The notes under the pieces: model-generated
Told to the model about the DNA's origin: nothing
What the model saw: the letters and a program-made list of their open reading frames with translations, nothing else
Databases searched by the model: none
Assembly (NCBI GenBank): GCA_905178155.1
Contig: CAJINV010000004.1
Location: forward strand, 3,629,320 to 3,693,319
Direction of reading: 5' to 3'
Length of the DNA stretch: 64,000 nucleotides
Source of the DNA: Amoebophrya sp. A120
Lineage: Eukaryota; Protista; Dinoflagellata
In this document: positions 12,031 to 24,163 of the stretch, one piece after another
Layout: each line of letters starts with the position of its first letter
Numbering within the stretch: position 1 is the first letter of the stretch
Made by a program: the position numbers and the translations under genes

Positions 12031-13787
12031 AGCTAGTTGTTTTTTCCAGGGACCGGAGGTGAGCAAGGGACGGGAAACCAGCCGGCGATCGCGGACATTA
12101 CGCTACAGACGGCAAAAGAGTCACCTACTACTTCGCACGGTGCTGCAGAACAAAGCGTGATAGGCAGTCGGCACTAGCAGAGAACGAAATGACCATGTGG
12201 AAATTTCCAGAACCGCTCTCGCCGGCCAAAGTCGGTAAGACTTTCGATATTCCTATGCAAGAACAAAATATAATACAGAGAAATCTACCTAGAGATGAAA
12301 AAAGCGGAAAATAACAGATTACTTCTCCGACCAACGCCAAAACTCTGTTACGATTCTTTTATGCCCAAGAACAAGATTCATTTTTCTAAATGTCTTCACA
12401 GCTGCGCGACGAATAATGCAGAACGCGCGTGCAGCAGCCCCGCCCCCGTCGTGTGAGATACTTACTTCAGGTGCCTGAGCCATGTGAAGATATACCTGCA
12501 ATAACTCTTGCGCGAAAAGAAAATGATATGCTGAAACTTTTCCAAGTTGAGACGAATTATCGATGACGATTCGATTGACCAGGTGGCTATTCACCTTGCC
12601 ACGCAGCGACCTACCAGTAGCTCTTTCACTTTGCGGATGGCGTTCTTGTTAATTCCGGATGGCGGTAGTCTCGTAGTCTTTCAGTTCTGACGAGTCTTCG
12701 TTCGCTGTTTCTGTTATGCAAAGGAAAAAATGTTACAGATTTTGTGCTGGTGCAGTCGAAGCAAGACAGATCAGGTAGATCGCCCCTGGCACACTTTTTT
12801 CTTGCTGCATATGTGCGTCTATTTTTAATTGCGAGGACATTACTTAGTACTTAATATATATCGATCCTGTAGTGTTTGTTCCTTTGCAGACGATGAACGT
12901 GAAAACCAAAATCGTATCCCCACACACCACAAGGAAGACCGTTATGATCTTGAATTTGCTTTTCACCGAGCTACGTTCACCCCGCGCGAGCGCCGCAGAT
13001 ACCTCGTTAGAATGATTCTTGTAGCCGCTGCTGCACTCCGTGCGAGTCCAATGAAAATAACAATTACTGACTTATGCTACGAGATACCCTTCGCATGATT
13101 ACCCCCATGGTAGGTTCTTGCTCGTGCATGAAGCTTTTTCGTACAAAACCGAGAAGTAGACACTGCTTTCCTCGTTCACGACATGGATTCAATGTCTGCG
13201 CACTTCGTGGTGTGAGTATTGTTCTAAAATAATTTTTGCAGGCTCCACATCGGAGTAGTTGTAGTAGTACGTGCTCAACGGCATTGCAAGGCACAGTAAT
13301 CTCAATAAATATTTGTCCTCGTCTACCGTCGTCGTTCTGGTCGTAAACATCTGGCAGATGAAATCGTCCCCTATCGTTGTACACCGAGCCGTCGCCTACA
13401 GAAAAACTGACTCAATAGCCCATAGGGCTTTTTGACATTCGTTTTCGTGGTGTAGTCTAATACGTGTCGTTCTAGTTGTTCGGGATCTAGCGCAGCAGAA
13501 ATCGATCCCACAAGAACCGTCTGATTTTGAGTTTAAAGAAATATGGTTTGTGGTACGACAAGCAGGAAACTTTTTTGTTCTTCCGCGCCCTCGGGGACGT
13601 CGAAAGAGATAGAAAGCAAGCAAACACAACGCAAAGTCAACCATCTCGAAGAGGATTTTACAACCACGACATCGCCGGTCGTGTAGTAAGTAAGTAGTTG
13701 TAAAGCAAATCAGCGACAAATCGTAGCGGAGAAAAAATATACTACAGCAAGCGCTTCGCCTGCGACACCAAGAACAAATCCAAAATC

Positions 13788-14530
13788 ATGCCGATCCAGA
13801 AGTCTTCCATTGCGTTTGCGCGTGTCGCAACGACTGCCACCCTGGCGGTCCCCCACGGGGGGGGGGGGGGGGTATTTTCGGCGCGAAACTTGGTCCCGCT
13901 GCCGCCACGCATGAATGGGCCGGAAGCGAGACTTCCCCTTCTTCCGGATTCGCCAAAGTGGACCGCGTTGTATGGGCTGTGAATTGTACTAGTCTGGGTC
14001 TGGAGGAGTTTTGCAACACGATCACGAACTGTAAGTAGTGCTTAGATCGCAACGCCTTGACCTTGAGCTCTCACCTCTGTCATATGTTCTTGTGCATAAG
14101 CACGGCGGTGCTTATTTGTCCTGGTGAAAAGTGAATTGTGAAGAGCAGCGCATTGTTACACTAACCGCTTTTCGGCATCAGTTGTCTGTCGTTATGCTTG
14201 GCAGCCTTTATGACGACGTCACCATCCACGAATTAGCATCCATCACAGGTTTCCAGAACCAGACCCGGCTGGCCTTATTGTCTTGCATACGTGCGTCGTG
14301 CCGCCGCGAGCAAGAAGGTGATGGCCACGTCGGCGGCTTCGCGCGTGGACAAGAAGAAGTCGAAGGCAAGCCGAACCAGCGCGGATGGTTCCGCGAGTGG
14401 TGCAAATGTCCCCGGCGCCCCCACGGCGCAAACCACTTCGACTTCCTCAACGACAGCTCCAACTCAGCAGCGAGATTTGCTCGACGTGGTGTTGGATAAT
14501 AAGCTGATGGCGCCTTTGCAGATGTTATAG
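13788..14530 (+). pseudogene. Probable decayed gene fragments
   Basis: Short coding-like ORFs in shifted frames, a 16-G run (13857-13872) and an orphan family-A TIR remnant (GTCTGGGTCTGGAG near 13993). Confidence 0.3.
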
Positions 14531-15358
14531 GTAGTCATGTGCTCCTAGTGGTGGTCTGCTTCTACTATTAATCTTTCACTCGCAGAAGTTTTTTTTCAAA
14601 AGATTTTCTGCGTTCAACATATCGTATCCACGTCGGTGAGTCCTTTCGTCCTTGTTGACAAAGAAGTAGTAGCTGCCTAGTTCTACAAGAAGTGGTCTGC
14701 CTCTTCTAAATCTTTCATCGCACGCAGTTTGCTACGAACATACAAATACATATTTTACCGCGCTTTTTTTTTTCAGTATTTTTACGGAGTTTTTGACCAC
14801 GGAAGCGTAACGGTACAAAACGACACAAACTTCTTGGATATACAATTTACTCGCACCCTTTATTTCATCTCAGCTCCCTCTCCATGCTACCACGACAGGG
14901 ACAGTTCGAGCGTCCACCTCTGTGCTACCACGAGAGATACTAGAGCACTTTCAATCATATCGCCCGCCTTATCCAGGCTCGTGGTCGTACCACAAGGGAA
15001 GCCATTCTCGTCTGTGGGTAAGATGACCAAGAACCTCCCGACCCGTGGAGGCGTGATCTACTTATCTTAATATGAATCGTTTTCGCCTACCCAAAGAAGT
15101 AAAGGAAACCTTAAATCTTACCCGAGCGAGCCTTATCCAGGCTGCCGAGATAAAAAGTCCCAGCGCCAACAAGAACAGTTTAAATGTTGCGCCGTGAGTC
15201 TGGTCATCAAGCAGGATTACTTAGGAAGAAGCAAGGCACTTAAGCGGTTCTCCTCGGTGTCAGTCACAGCCCCACCAGGAAATCCTTGTAGTTGTAAACC
15301 GATTTTTCACTGCTCAGTGCCTTATCCAGGCTAGTGCCACATGTAGAAACAACATACT

Positions 15359-15654
15359 TATGCAATGCGAATGTGTCTGGCTCTGGAGGGTGGCCTGGAA
15401 AGTTGCAAGATTTGGCATGCTTGGCGGAAATAAGCAGTCGCAAGAAACAAGCCATTACGCCCGTGAAGATGCAGGGCCATTTCTTTATCTCGCAAAAATT
15501 TGATTTGTCAGCGCGGTCTTTGTCGTTACGCTAGGCGTAGTACGCCCTCAAAAATGGCCAGCGTGCGGGCCTTCATATTGGAACATGCTTGCGGTCGAGT
15601 TTTTTGATATTATTTGCAACTATCCATAAGACCCAGACATATTTGCATTCGACA
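15359..15654. mobile_element. Degenerate family-A introner with no intact host gene
   Basis: TATGCAATGCGAATGTGTCTGGCTCTGGAG ... AGACCCAGACATATTTGCATTCGACA; direct repeat no longer recognisable. Confidence 0.7.
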
Positions 15655-17822
15655 CAGCAGCAAGCGCGACACGACGTCGGCCTGTGGTAGACTACAATTC
15701 TAGTCGCTGCGAGGATGCGAAGTTGGAATTCGCTGTGCTTGGGTAATCCTCTGTCCGGAAATGCGCGCCGAGAAAAAAAACAGGTACTTCATAGATACAG
15801 TGCTGCTGTAGGATCGGCGTGGGTCATTTTGTGCCGTGGAGTTGTCACTCTCACCCCTGACTTAGTTGCTGCGATGCATGAGAAAGTATCGTGCGGAAAA
15901 CTACAACTACGCAAAACTATTGCAGAGCATTGATGTCTTCTTTTTGTCCTGCTGATCTGCCAGGGCCAAGCAATGCGATCGACACAAGAAGACAATCCAA
16001 GTGGAAGCGTTCTCACGTGCGAAGTAACACTCTCTGCGAAGTTGGCAATGCATGGAAGGCATTTTTGTACTGTTGTACAGTACTATGCCATCTAGTTATT
16101 CACAAATCTGTGACTGTGATGCACAGACGACATACAAGGCTCGCGCGGGTCTCTCGTGCCGCATTTATAAAATAGATGAAGAAACCACGAAACAACACCT
16201 CTACAGGTAATCATAGCTCGCCGTGCCTCTCGACGTGCGTCTTGACTAGGACCAGCGCAATCGACAGAAGAAGGTCAACATTGAAGTACAGTAGAAACAT
16301 CCTTTGCGAAGTTGGCAACGACTGGAAGGTATCTATAATTTTTGTCCTCTTGTTGGCTAGGTGTGGACTTTGCTATGCATATGAAATTGTCAAAAAATAA
16401 TTTGCCTACTTACTGTGGTATGTAATTATACTTATACAGATGAAACAAGGGACGACCAGCACACTGGGGGTTTAGTGGTGCATAAACAAACTGAATGAAG
16501 TCACTTTATATAAAACACCGTCACAGGAGGTACCGTCTCACGATGCCTGTTTTATTCTGCTCCTGCCACCATCAACAGCGCAAGAAGCTTCTGGAGAACA
16601 AGTCAGGCAGGTTCAGGTATTGTGCCGCGAGTCTGGTCATCAAGCAGGATGAGAAATTAATACGGGGCACACGACAATTCTTATACGCAGCTCTACATTA
16701 GTATTCGCAGGACTGCACGAGGAGGACTAAGATGAATCAGCCAGGATATAGTAGTGCGCGAAGTTTTGTTATTGTTTTTGTTGGACCTGTACGACGCAAC
16801 TTCTTTTAAGTTTTTCCCGGGGAAGATCATACATACGGGCGGAAGTCCGCCACTTTTGTCGTTTGCTGTTCTTACACGAACGACAAGCCCCCTGTACGTT
16901 GTTCTTCGAGGAAGATCATCTTTTTGATGTTCGTGTGAACTGTTGCGACTTTTCATCTTCGGAATGTAGACTATGTGTTTGCCACAACTCGTAGATCACA
17001 TGCTTCATCGTGAGAAATGTGACTGCAATGTCTTGTGCCATAATCTTAATTCGCAGCTCAGATGTGGCAATCTCAAGATCTTGTGACGGCTAAAGTCGCG
17101 GCGATTTTGTCCTGGATCAAGAGCAGGTGAGGAAGGGACAGGAAGCCAGCCGGTGATCGCGGACATAACGCTACAGACGGCAAAAGTGTCACCTACTACT
17201 TCGCACGTTGCGGAACAAAGCGTGATGGGCAGTCGGCACTAGCAGAGAACGAAATGAGCATGTGGAAATTTCCAGAACAGCCCTCGCCGGCCAAAGTCGG
17301 TCGGAGCAAAGACCTGCGATGAATCTATCGGACTGATAACGCAGTGTCCTCTCGTCAGATTCTCATGCAAATGCATTTGAGCAGGAGCACAGCAGCTCCA
17401 CACACTTTTGAACTTTGTTAGCCCGGCAAGTCTGACATGCCTGCTTTTTTTCATCGTCCTCGCTCTGATATGCCTTTCGAAATCGTCGCTCGCTTGTTGA
17501 TAGGCGAGATGTATGACGACAACATCCAGTTTCTCGAGATTCGGATGCACATTCGCACCTTTTCGTTCGATCGCGGTCACTATAAGCACCTCGCTACAAG
17601 ATAGAAGTAAACCATCATAAATAATCGTTTTCTCGTCGCGCTTGTGTTTAGCAATGGATTTCCGGTTTGAAACATAAAAAAAGTTTACGAGAGGTACTTA
17701 CCCTACAGCCCAAGCGGTGTCTGTTGCTTGTCGTGATTTCTGTTTCAAGAAGATCGTACATAACGAACAAACATCTTTTTCTCCAGAAACAAGAAAGAAG
17801 CTCAGACATCGCACCAGCAAAA

Positions 17823-18681
17823 ATGAAGCTCCTTCACCACCAGCATTTCCTCTACACCAGTTTCGCCGAACAGGACGCGGAGAATGATCCGGGCAAGCCC
17901 TTCGGCTCGGTCGCTCCGGGCGAAGCCCAGTCAGCGCAGTCGGTGCCGAGTCACATCGACGTCGTATCCCAGGAAAAAAGTTGTACACTTACACATTGTG
18001 TTGCAGGCATAGCAAGACAGACAAGCTGCGATGCATAAAAGCCTTGTTTCACACGTGTTTTCCCGTACTATTTCTGCAATATCTCCTCGTGCAGAGAAAT
18101 TTGTGTTGCTAAATTGACAACAAATTACGTGTAACTGTAACACTTTTTTCGTGTGATACGTCGCGGACTACAACTACCTTTCCGGGGTGGAAAAGGGTTT
18201 CGCGGGGAACCGCAACGGCATCCCGACCTACAGCGCGATTCGCCCCGACCAGCTGGACCAGCTGAACCGCCGGGCGCAGCACAGTCACGAGCTGGTGGTC
18301 CGGGATTTGCGGAAGCTCCGCGCCGTGGTGGCCGATTCGTTTGAACAGGAGCAGATTATCCGAATGGCGAAGAAAAAAGCCGATTACTTTTTGAAGTTTG
18401 CAAAGCTGCAAGCGCGGAAGCAGGACGCAATTACGACTCTCGCCCGGCGGCTGATCGGCATGAAGGAGCAGGTCGAGGAGGCAGAGGCCGCGATGGTTCC
18501 CGGGGGAGAGGAAAGTGCAAGTGGTTCTCCAGAGGACAGAGGCATACTAGACGAGGAAGCGCTGAAAGAGGAGGAAAAGCAGCTGGAGTTTGAGATTCAG
18601 GATTTACGGACGGTGCCGAAACCGGAGCCACCGCCCTTGGATTTACTGAAAGCCCATACACTGGATACCTTCTTCCGATAG
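17823..18681 (+). CDS. Hypothetical coiled-coil protein (5' end uncertain), one introner
   Basis: SHIDV|ADYNYLSGVEKGFAG join restores one ORF to TAG at 18681; coding-like composition. Confidence 0.65.
17965..18158. mobile_element. Introner, family D (TATCCCAGGAAAAAAG..ACACTTACAC)
   Basis: DR CGTCG; frame restored. Confidence 0.85.
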
Positions 18682-19145
18682 CGTGGTTAGGTTTATAAGT
18701 CCGAGACGTTTCGAAGAAAAAAGCCGAAGTGTAAGAATGCCAATCGCATAAGATCATTCATCAAGAGCATGGTCCTGCTGGCCTGGTGTTCTTGCTGCAC
18801 AAGTCGTGGACAGAAATGGAAGTTCTTGATGCAGTGCGTTCTTTTAAGTAGCTGTCACGGCAGATGACGTTCGGCGAAGGGTTTTGTGTACTTATACGCT
18901 TGGTGCTTCAAGAACATCTAGATGTAGCTGCATGGGCACCAAAGCGAATTCGAGTCACTGACATGAGCATACAACTAGAGCGAAAAGGAGTGGTGAGATG
19001 ATTTTAGCAGGATTTCTGCTGAAACCTTTCTGTTGTCGAGAGCAATGTATGAATTACGACACCGCTTTTGAAACGACGAGTCGATCTTGTGTTACTCACA
19101 GTACTCACATTACTACCTTACAACTTTTTCCGAAAAAAAATAGAA

Positions 19146-21803
19146 ATGCTGCGTCCCTGCTCCCGCTTTCGGTCTCTCGCGAAGACCGCCATGACGCCCC
19201 TCCTGCCCAGTGTAGTCCTCATGTTTCTTTACGACCAGATTGCCGACACTTTTGTCCATGCCGAGTCCGCGCTCTCGCAGGCCAAGAAGACGCACACACT
19301 GAAGCTGGAGCGGGTGTCCGCGAGCATGCGGGAGCGACGCCAATTGACGGAGCTGCGGTACTATGAATTGCAAATATGTCTGGGTCTGGAAGGTGGTAAC
19401 TTGTCATGGTAAACTTGAAGCATACAAAAATCTGTGCTGCATGAGTGCCAAAAGCTGTCCACTTTCGATCAAGTTGGGAGGGAGTTTCTCATGCAGGATA
19501 GGCATGGCAGAGACCTCGCAGACTCTGTCATGCGAAGTCCCGCACTCCAGACCTCATGGGTCATGGAAAATCTGCATGACAAGTTTACACTCTTCCAGAC
19601 CCAGACATTTTTGCACTTGATAGGTACAAGCAGCACCTGGGTTCCACTTCCACTTCAACGACCGCGAGCCAGGCGGCGCGGCAGGTCCACGCGTCCGAGT
19701 ACTTCGGGCGGATCCAGATCGGGAATCCGCCCCAGGAATTCCTGATGGTGTTCGATACCGGGAGCGGAAATTTGGTCGTGCCGAGCCACGAGTGCACGGA
19801 CAGTGCCTGCGTGAAGCACGCCCGGTTTGACGCGCGGAAGAGCAAGACGGTGAAGCAGATCGCCTACGCGGACGACCCGGAAAAAGAGGCCACGGTGGGC
19901 ATGGACCGCGACGTCGTCACCATCACGTTCGGCACCGGCGAGATGAGCGGCGTGTTTTTGGAGGACAAAGTCTGTGTCGGCCACATCTGCCCGAGGACGC
20001 ACTTCGTCGCGGCCACACAGGAAAGCGACGAGCCATTTTCCCTCGTGCCGTTCGACGGTAATTATCTATGATTTCCTCGATTTGTGCAGATGTCATTTTG
20101 ATGATGTCTATCTCTATCTAACTGAAACTGGTTTATATTATCGTGTTTGTGTGTGATCATGATTCTCTTCATCTTCCACAATGATTTGTGAAGGTGACGG
20201 AGCAGCAAAGCAGTGCCTCTCGTGAAGGTACTTGCCACATGTCTATCTTTTACACATCAATCACTTCTAGGTATTTTCGGCCTCTCGCTGCCGGAGATGA
20301 GCGAAGGGCGTTCCTTTAACGTGGTCGACCGCATGATACAGGAGCAAATGTTGAAGCACAATCTTTTCTCCGTCTACCTGGGCCACACCGCGGCGGAGGA
20401 AGAGGATGATGAAAACGTAAACGAGCATAGTAGAAACAAAACTGTCGCCACTGCTCTGACCGCGCCGGCCACGAGTTCATCAACCGAAAACGAGATCACT
20501 TTCGGGGAGTACCGCCCCGAGCGCATGGCGAGCCCGTTGATCTGGGTGCCCGTCACGCAACCGGGGTACTGGCAGGTCGAGATTTCGGACCTGACCATCG
20601 ACAACAAGCCGCTGAAGCTGTGCGGCGAGCGCCACTACGGATGCCAGGTAGCGGTGGACACGGGCACCAGTCTGATGGCCGGGCCAAGCTACATCGTGAA
20701 CCAGCTGGTAGTATGCATTGCAAATATGTCTGGGTCTGGAAGATTCTGAGACTTGTCATGCGGGTTTTGCATGAGCCATGAGGTCTATGATGCATGCCCT
20801 AGCATAACAGATTTTTTGAGGGCTTTTTGATGCCTATTCCGCATGACAAATGCCCTCTCCGCGTAGCAAAAATTACATTCGTTCCCCTTGTTGCTCATGC
20901 AATGCAGATTTTTTTGGAAGCCACATGCAGCATCACAAGTTGCATTCTTCCAGACCCAGACATTTTTACATTTGATAGGTAGAAAAACTCGACGTTGCGG
21001 GAGACTGCTCGAATTTTCACTCCCTGCCGGACTTGGGCTTCGTCCTGAACAACCACATTTTGAACTTGAAACCCGAAGACTACGTGGAACGTACTACTTG
21101 ATTGCACGGCGATTTGTACTACCGGGAAAAATGGTGTTGTGCAACAGAATAGACTTACTGCTCTCGTCAGATTCATCAATTCTTGCCACCGCAGCCAGAA
21201 CCGCGGGAATGGAAATCGAAACTCCAACAAACACTTACTTATAAAAATTTAACAGGTCACCCGCTCGAGGGCTGCTCCGTCGCGCTGATGGCCATGGACG
21301 TGCCGCCACCGAAAGGACCGCTGTTTGTGTTTGGCGACCCGTTCCTGCGAAAGTACTACACGGTCTTCGATCGCGCAAACCTGCGGGTCGGGTTCGCGCT
21401 GTCGGCGCGGAGCGGCGAGAAGGTCGGAGACAGGGGAATTATTTCCGCTCTCGGAAGTAAGAAAGTAGAAACGTTGAAAAAATTGTCCAACAAGGCGAGC
21501 AAAGACGAAAGGACAGAAGATCAGCTGTTGGATGAACAATCATCCTCGAAACGCGAGCAGGAGGTAGAGGATAGGGAAGGAAACGACGAGGATTTCCGAT
21601 CACATTTGATGCAGGTCGAAGGCGTCGATTACAGCAGCGATCTCCACCATGCCAAAACCACAGCACTAACAGCGGATGTCTCATCAGCGGGAACAAGAAG
21701 TCATGGCAACCAACAGCGAAAAGAACAGACGGCGAAGCAGCGGAAACCGGTTCGGAGGCTCAATGTGTACCGAAATCGGAAAGCCGGCAGTGTGAAAAGG
21801 TAG
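19146..21803 (+). CDS. Aspartic protease, pepsin/cathepsin D family (A1)
   Basis: [26 protein letters not shown] and VAVDTGTSL catalytic motifs, [24 protein letters not shown]. Introns 20058-20270 and 21091-21255 plus two introners. Start 19146 or 19191. Confidence 0.93.
19362..19622. mobile_element. Introner, family A; GT-AG readable
   Basis: DR GGTAC; removal gives ELRYKQHLG. Confidence 0.93.
20712..20977. mobile_element. Introner, family A; GT-AG readable
   Basis: DR GGTAG; removal gives [13 protein letters not shown]; interior inverted relative to 9472-9735. Confidence 0.93.
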
Positions 21804-22399
21804 CAGAAGGGGGGCTGACAAAGGTCGTTGAAGATCTTGATCTGGTGAAGAGCATGGTTTTTCTTTTCCCTAAAATGAACCGTTTTCCACTTGGTACTGA
21901 GAATAACATCCGCCCGATGTATTCTTTTCCGGAGTTTTTTAACCAAATGAAAGATTACGGCACGGGTTGTGGTAGACGGGTAATGGGAGAGTACCTGTTG
22001 ATCAGGAGAGTGGTCTTTTGTTCCATTAGTGCCACCAGTAGAGCGCTGAGTGCTGATGAGTGCGTTGGTCCGATTCCTGGAGTGCTGGCGAGTCCGTGCA
22101 AGCGCGTTTGCGTAAGCAATGGTTTGGGTGTTGATCTTAGTTGAGTGCGTTGGCCCAGTGCCTTGAGTTGGTCGGCCCAATGTTTTGAGTATCTGGGACC
22201 AGCGTTTTGAGTGTGTGAATGCGGTGGTCAACTGCTTTGAGTGTTGTTTCAAGCGTCTTACTTACCTTGAAATTCGGGTACTTAAGAATCGGCGTTTTTC
22301 CGCTCAATCCGCCCTCAGTTCCACATATAAGTACTTGACTCTTTCGCCGCTCTTGAACGAAAGATAGAGCCGAAGGAGCATGAACGTAGGCGCGCCCCG

Positions 22400-23800
22400 A
22401 CGGGGCAGCTTGCATTGCGTAGGCCTGGGGCCGCCGATGGACGGACGACGCGCCGGGGGCTCTGGTATAGCGGATCTTATCTACCGCAGCATTTTGATAT
22501 TAATTGAATTTATTGCTTGCTTCTCGACGTTTTGTTATATTTATAAACCTTTGCTAGTCTGGAAGATGCCTCTGCACTGAGTTTGGTGCTCTGTCCGTGT
22601 GATGCTTCGGGAGTTTGAGTTCGACGCTATCAATCTGTCAAATGAAAAATCGAAACAAATTAATCAGGGCCGAGCGCGGTATAATTGGGGGCCCATACCG
22701 GAGGGGGTTGGTCGCCTGCTGCTTCTGGTGCGCCGACGGTCTCCAAGCGCATTAGGACAAGCCTGAGCGTGGCCCCTATAGCTTGCTCTTTGATGCGCAG
22801 GCCGATCCGCAGCCGCAACCTTGCTGCGGTTGTGAGATGGCTCTACACTCGCAAGGCCCTCCAGATTAGCGGCGCCAATCGGGGAGGCCTGTCCACCCGC
22901 TGGGGCTTGTTTCGAAAGGCGGAGCGAGACAACAAGCCTCTGGCGTTATGAGATCAAATTCGTGCGGGCGTGTACTTCTATGAAAGTAAGACATTGGCAT
23001 GCGCAAGGACGTTGGCATGTTGTTCCTTGCAATCGTGCGCGTCAGTCACCTCGGACGCATTGCCTTGTGGTTATCAAAAGCCTGATATTTTTCCGATACA
23101 GGCTTGGAACTCCCGGGTTTTCATGTTGTTTTTCGCAGACTCTTCCCTGTACCGCATCGGGACTGCGTTTCGCCCTGTATTGCTACGTTTATGTATCATT
23201 GCATAGAAGCATAGATAGAGATGTTCTTCTTCATGATTTATTTTGCAGTCCTAAACGAATTTGGGTTGCATACCTTCGGCTGGTGCGAGTACTGGTTGCC
23301 CATTTGGGACGATTGCGCGGACTGCCGGCGCGGCGCCGTGTAGCGCGCCCGGCAGTGCGCAGAGCCACCCGGCGGGCTTTGTTCTGCGCCCGGTATGAAA
23401 ATGGCGGCGCCGGTGGGGCGGAAGCCTACCAAAGCGGCCGGGGGCCCCGCTAACTAGGGCGCGGCAGAGTTTGTTGCCGGTCCCCGCTGTTGCATTCCAG
23501 CTCACAGAGCCGGCCCCCGCCCGGCTCCCAGCGGCCCAACGGGCCCCGGTGAACCTCACGTAGATGCGTACGGCGCATTGTACGCGCACGCAATTCGCGC
23601 GCAGACTTTGCGCGCGCCGCGGACGCACGCTGCGTGCGTACGCCTTGACGTACCTTGGCCGGGGGCCCGCCGCCACGCGTATTGATGTATGTCTATGCTT
23701 TTCTGCGCTTTTGAAGGCGAAGAACACGAGTGCCTCAAGGCCATCAGGCAGGTCGCTGTAGTCTTGTCTGCGAGCTGCAAACTGAAACTTCGTGCTTGGC
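22400..23800. other. GC-rich, palindrome-rich intergenic segment, possible mobile-element remnant
   Basis: Short stems such as GGCTTGTT/AACAAGCC (~22903-22938) and TACGCGCACGCA..TGCGTGCGTA (23581-23640); no credible ORF. Confidence 0.35.
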
Positions 23801-24163
23801 AAGTAATGAAGTGCTTCTCTATGATGTTCGTGTAGTTGCTACCTGTGTCACATTTGAGCATGAGCGTTCCTGAATGTGTCTGGAAATCGCAGAAAGATTT
23901 GCTTGAGTTGCACAGGCTGAATCACAAGGGCGGTGCGGAGATTGAGGGATGAGGCTCAACTTTTTTTTTTCCGCGCCTCCAGCCATTCGTATCCACTTGA
24001 GTTCCACAAACATTCCTTAAATCTGCCTCTTTCACCGCCCGCACTCCAAAGGGAGCCTTAATCGGCAAGCAACGGCACCGCAGGCGAGGCTTGTGCATCA
24101 TCTCGTCCGACGAGAAACAAACTCTAATCTCGCCGCGCCGCCTCGATCAAAGAGGCAAGTAAG

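Larger units (their letters stand above)
12057..17301 (+). repeat. ~180-bp direct repeats (12057-12236 and 17125-17301) bracketing a 4.9-kb gene-poor block
   Basis: AGGTGAG..GATCGCGGACAT..GGCACTAGCAGAGAACGAAATGA..GCCGGCCAAAGTCGGT in both copies with scattered mismatches. Confidence 0.9.

Noticed and set aside
13857-13872. 16-G homopolymer as a G-quadruplex or regulatory element
   Set aside because: Isolated run in decayed sequence; homopolymer length is unreliable and nothing supports a function.
12057-17301. LTR retrotransposon
   Set aside because: No TG..CA termini, primer-binding site, or gag/pol remnants that I can recognise between the repeats.
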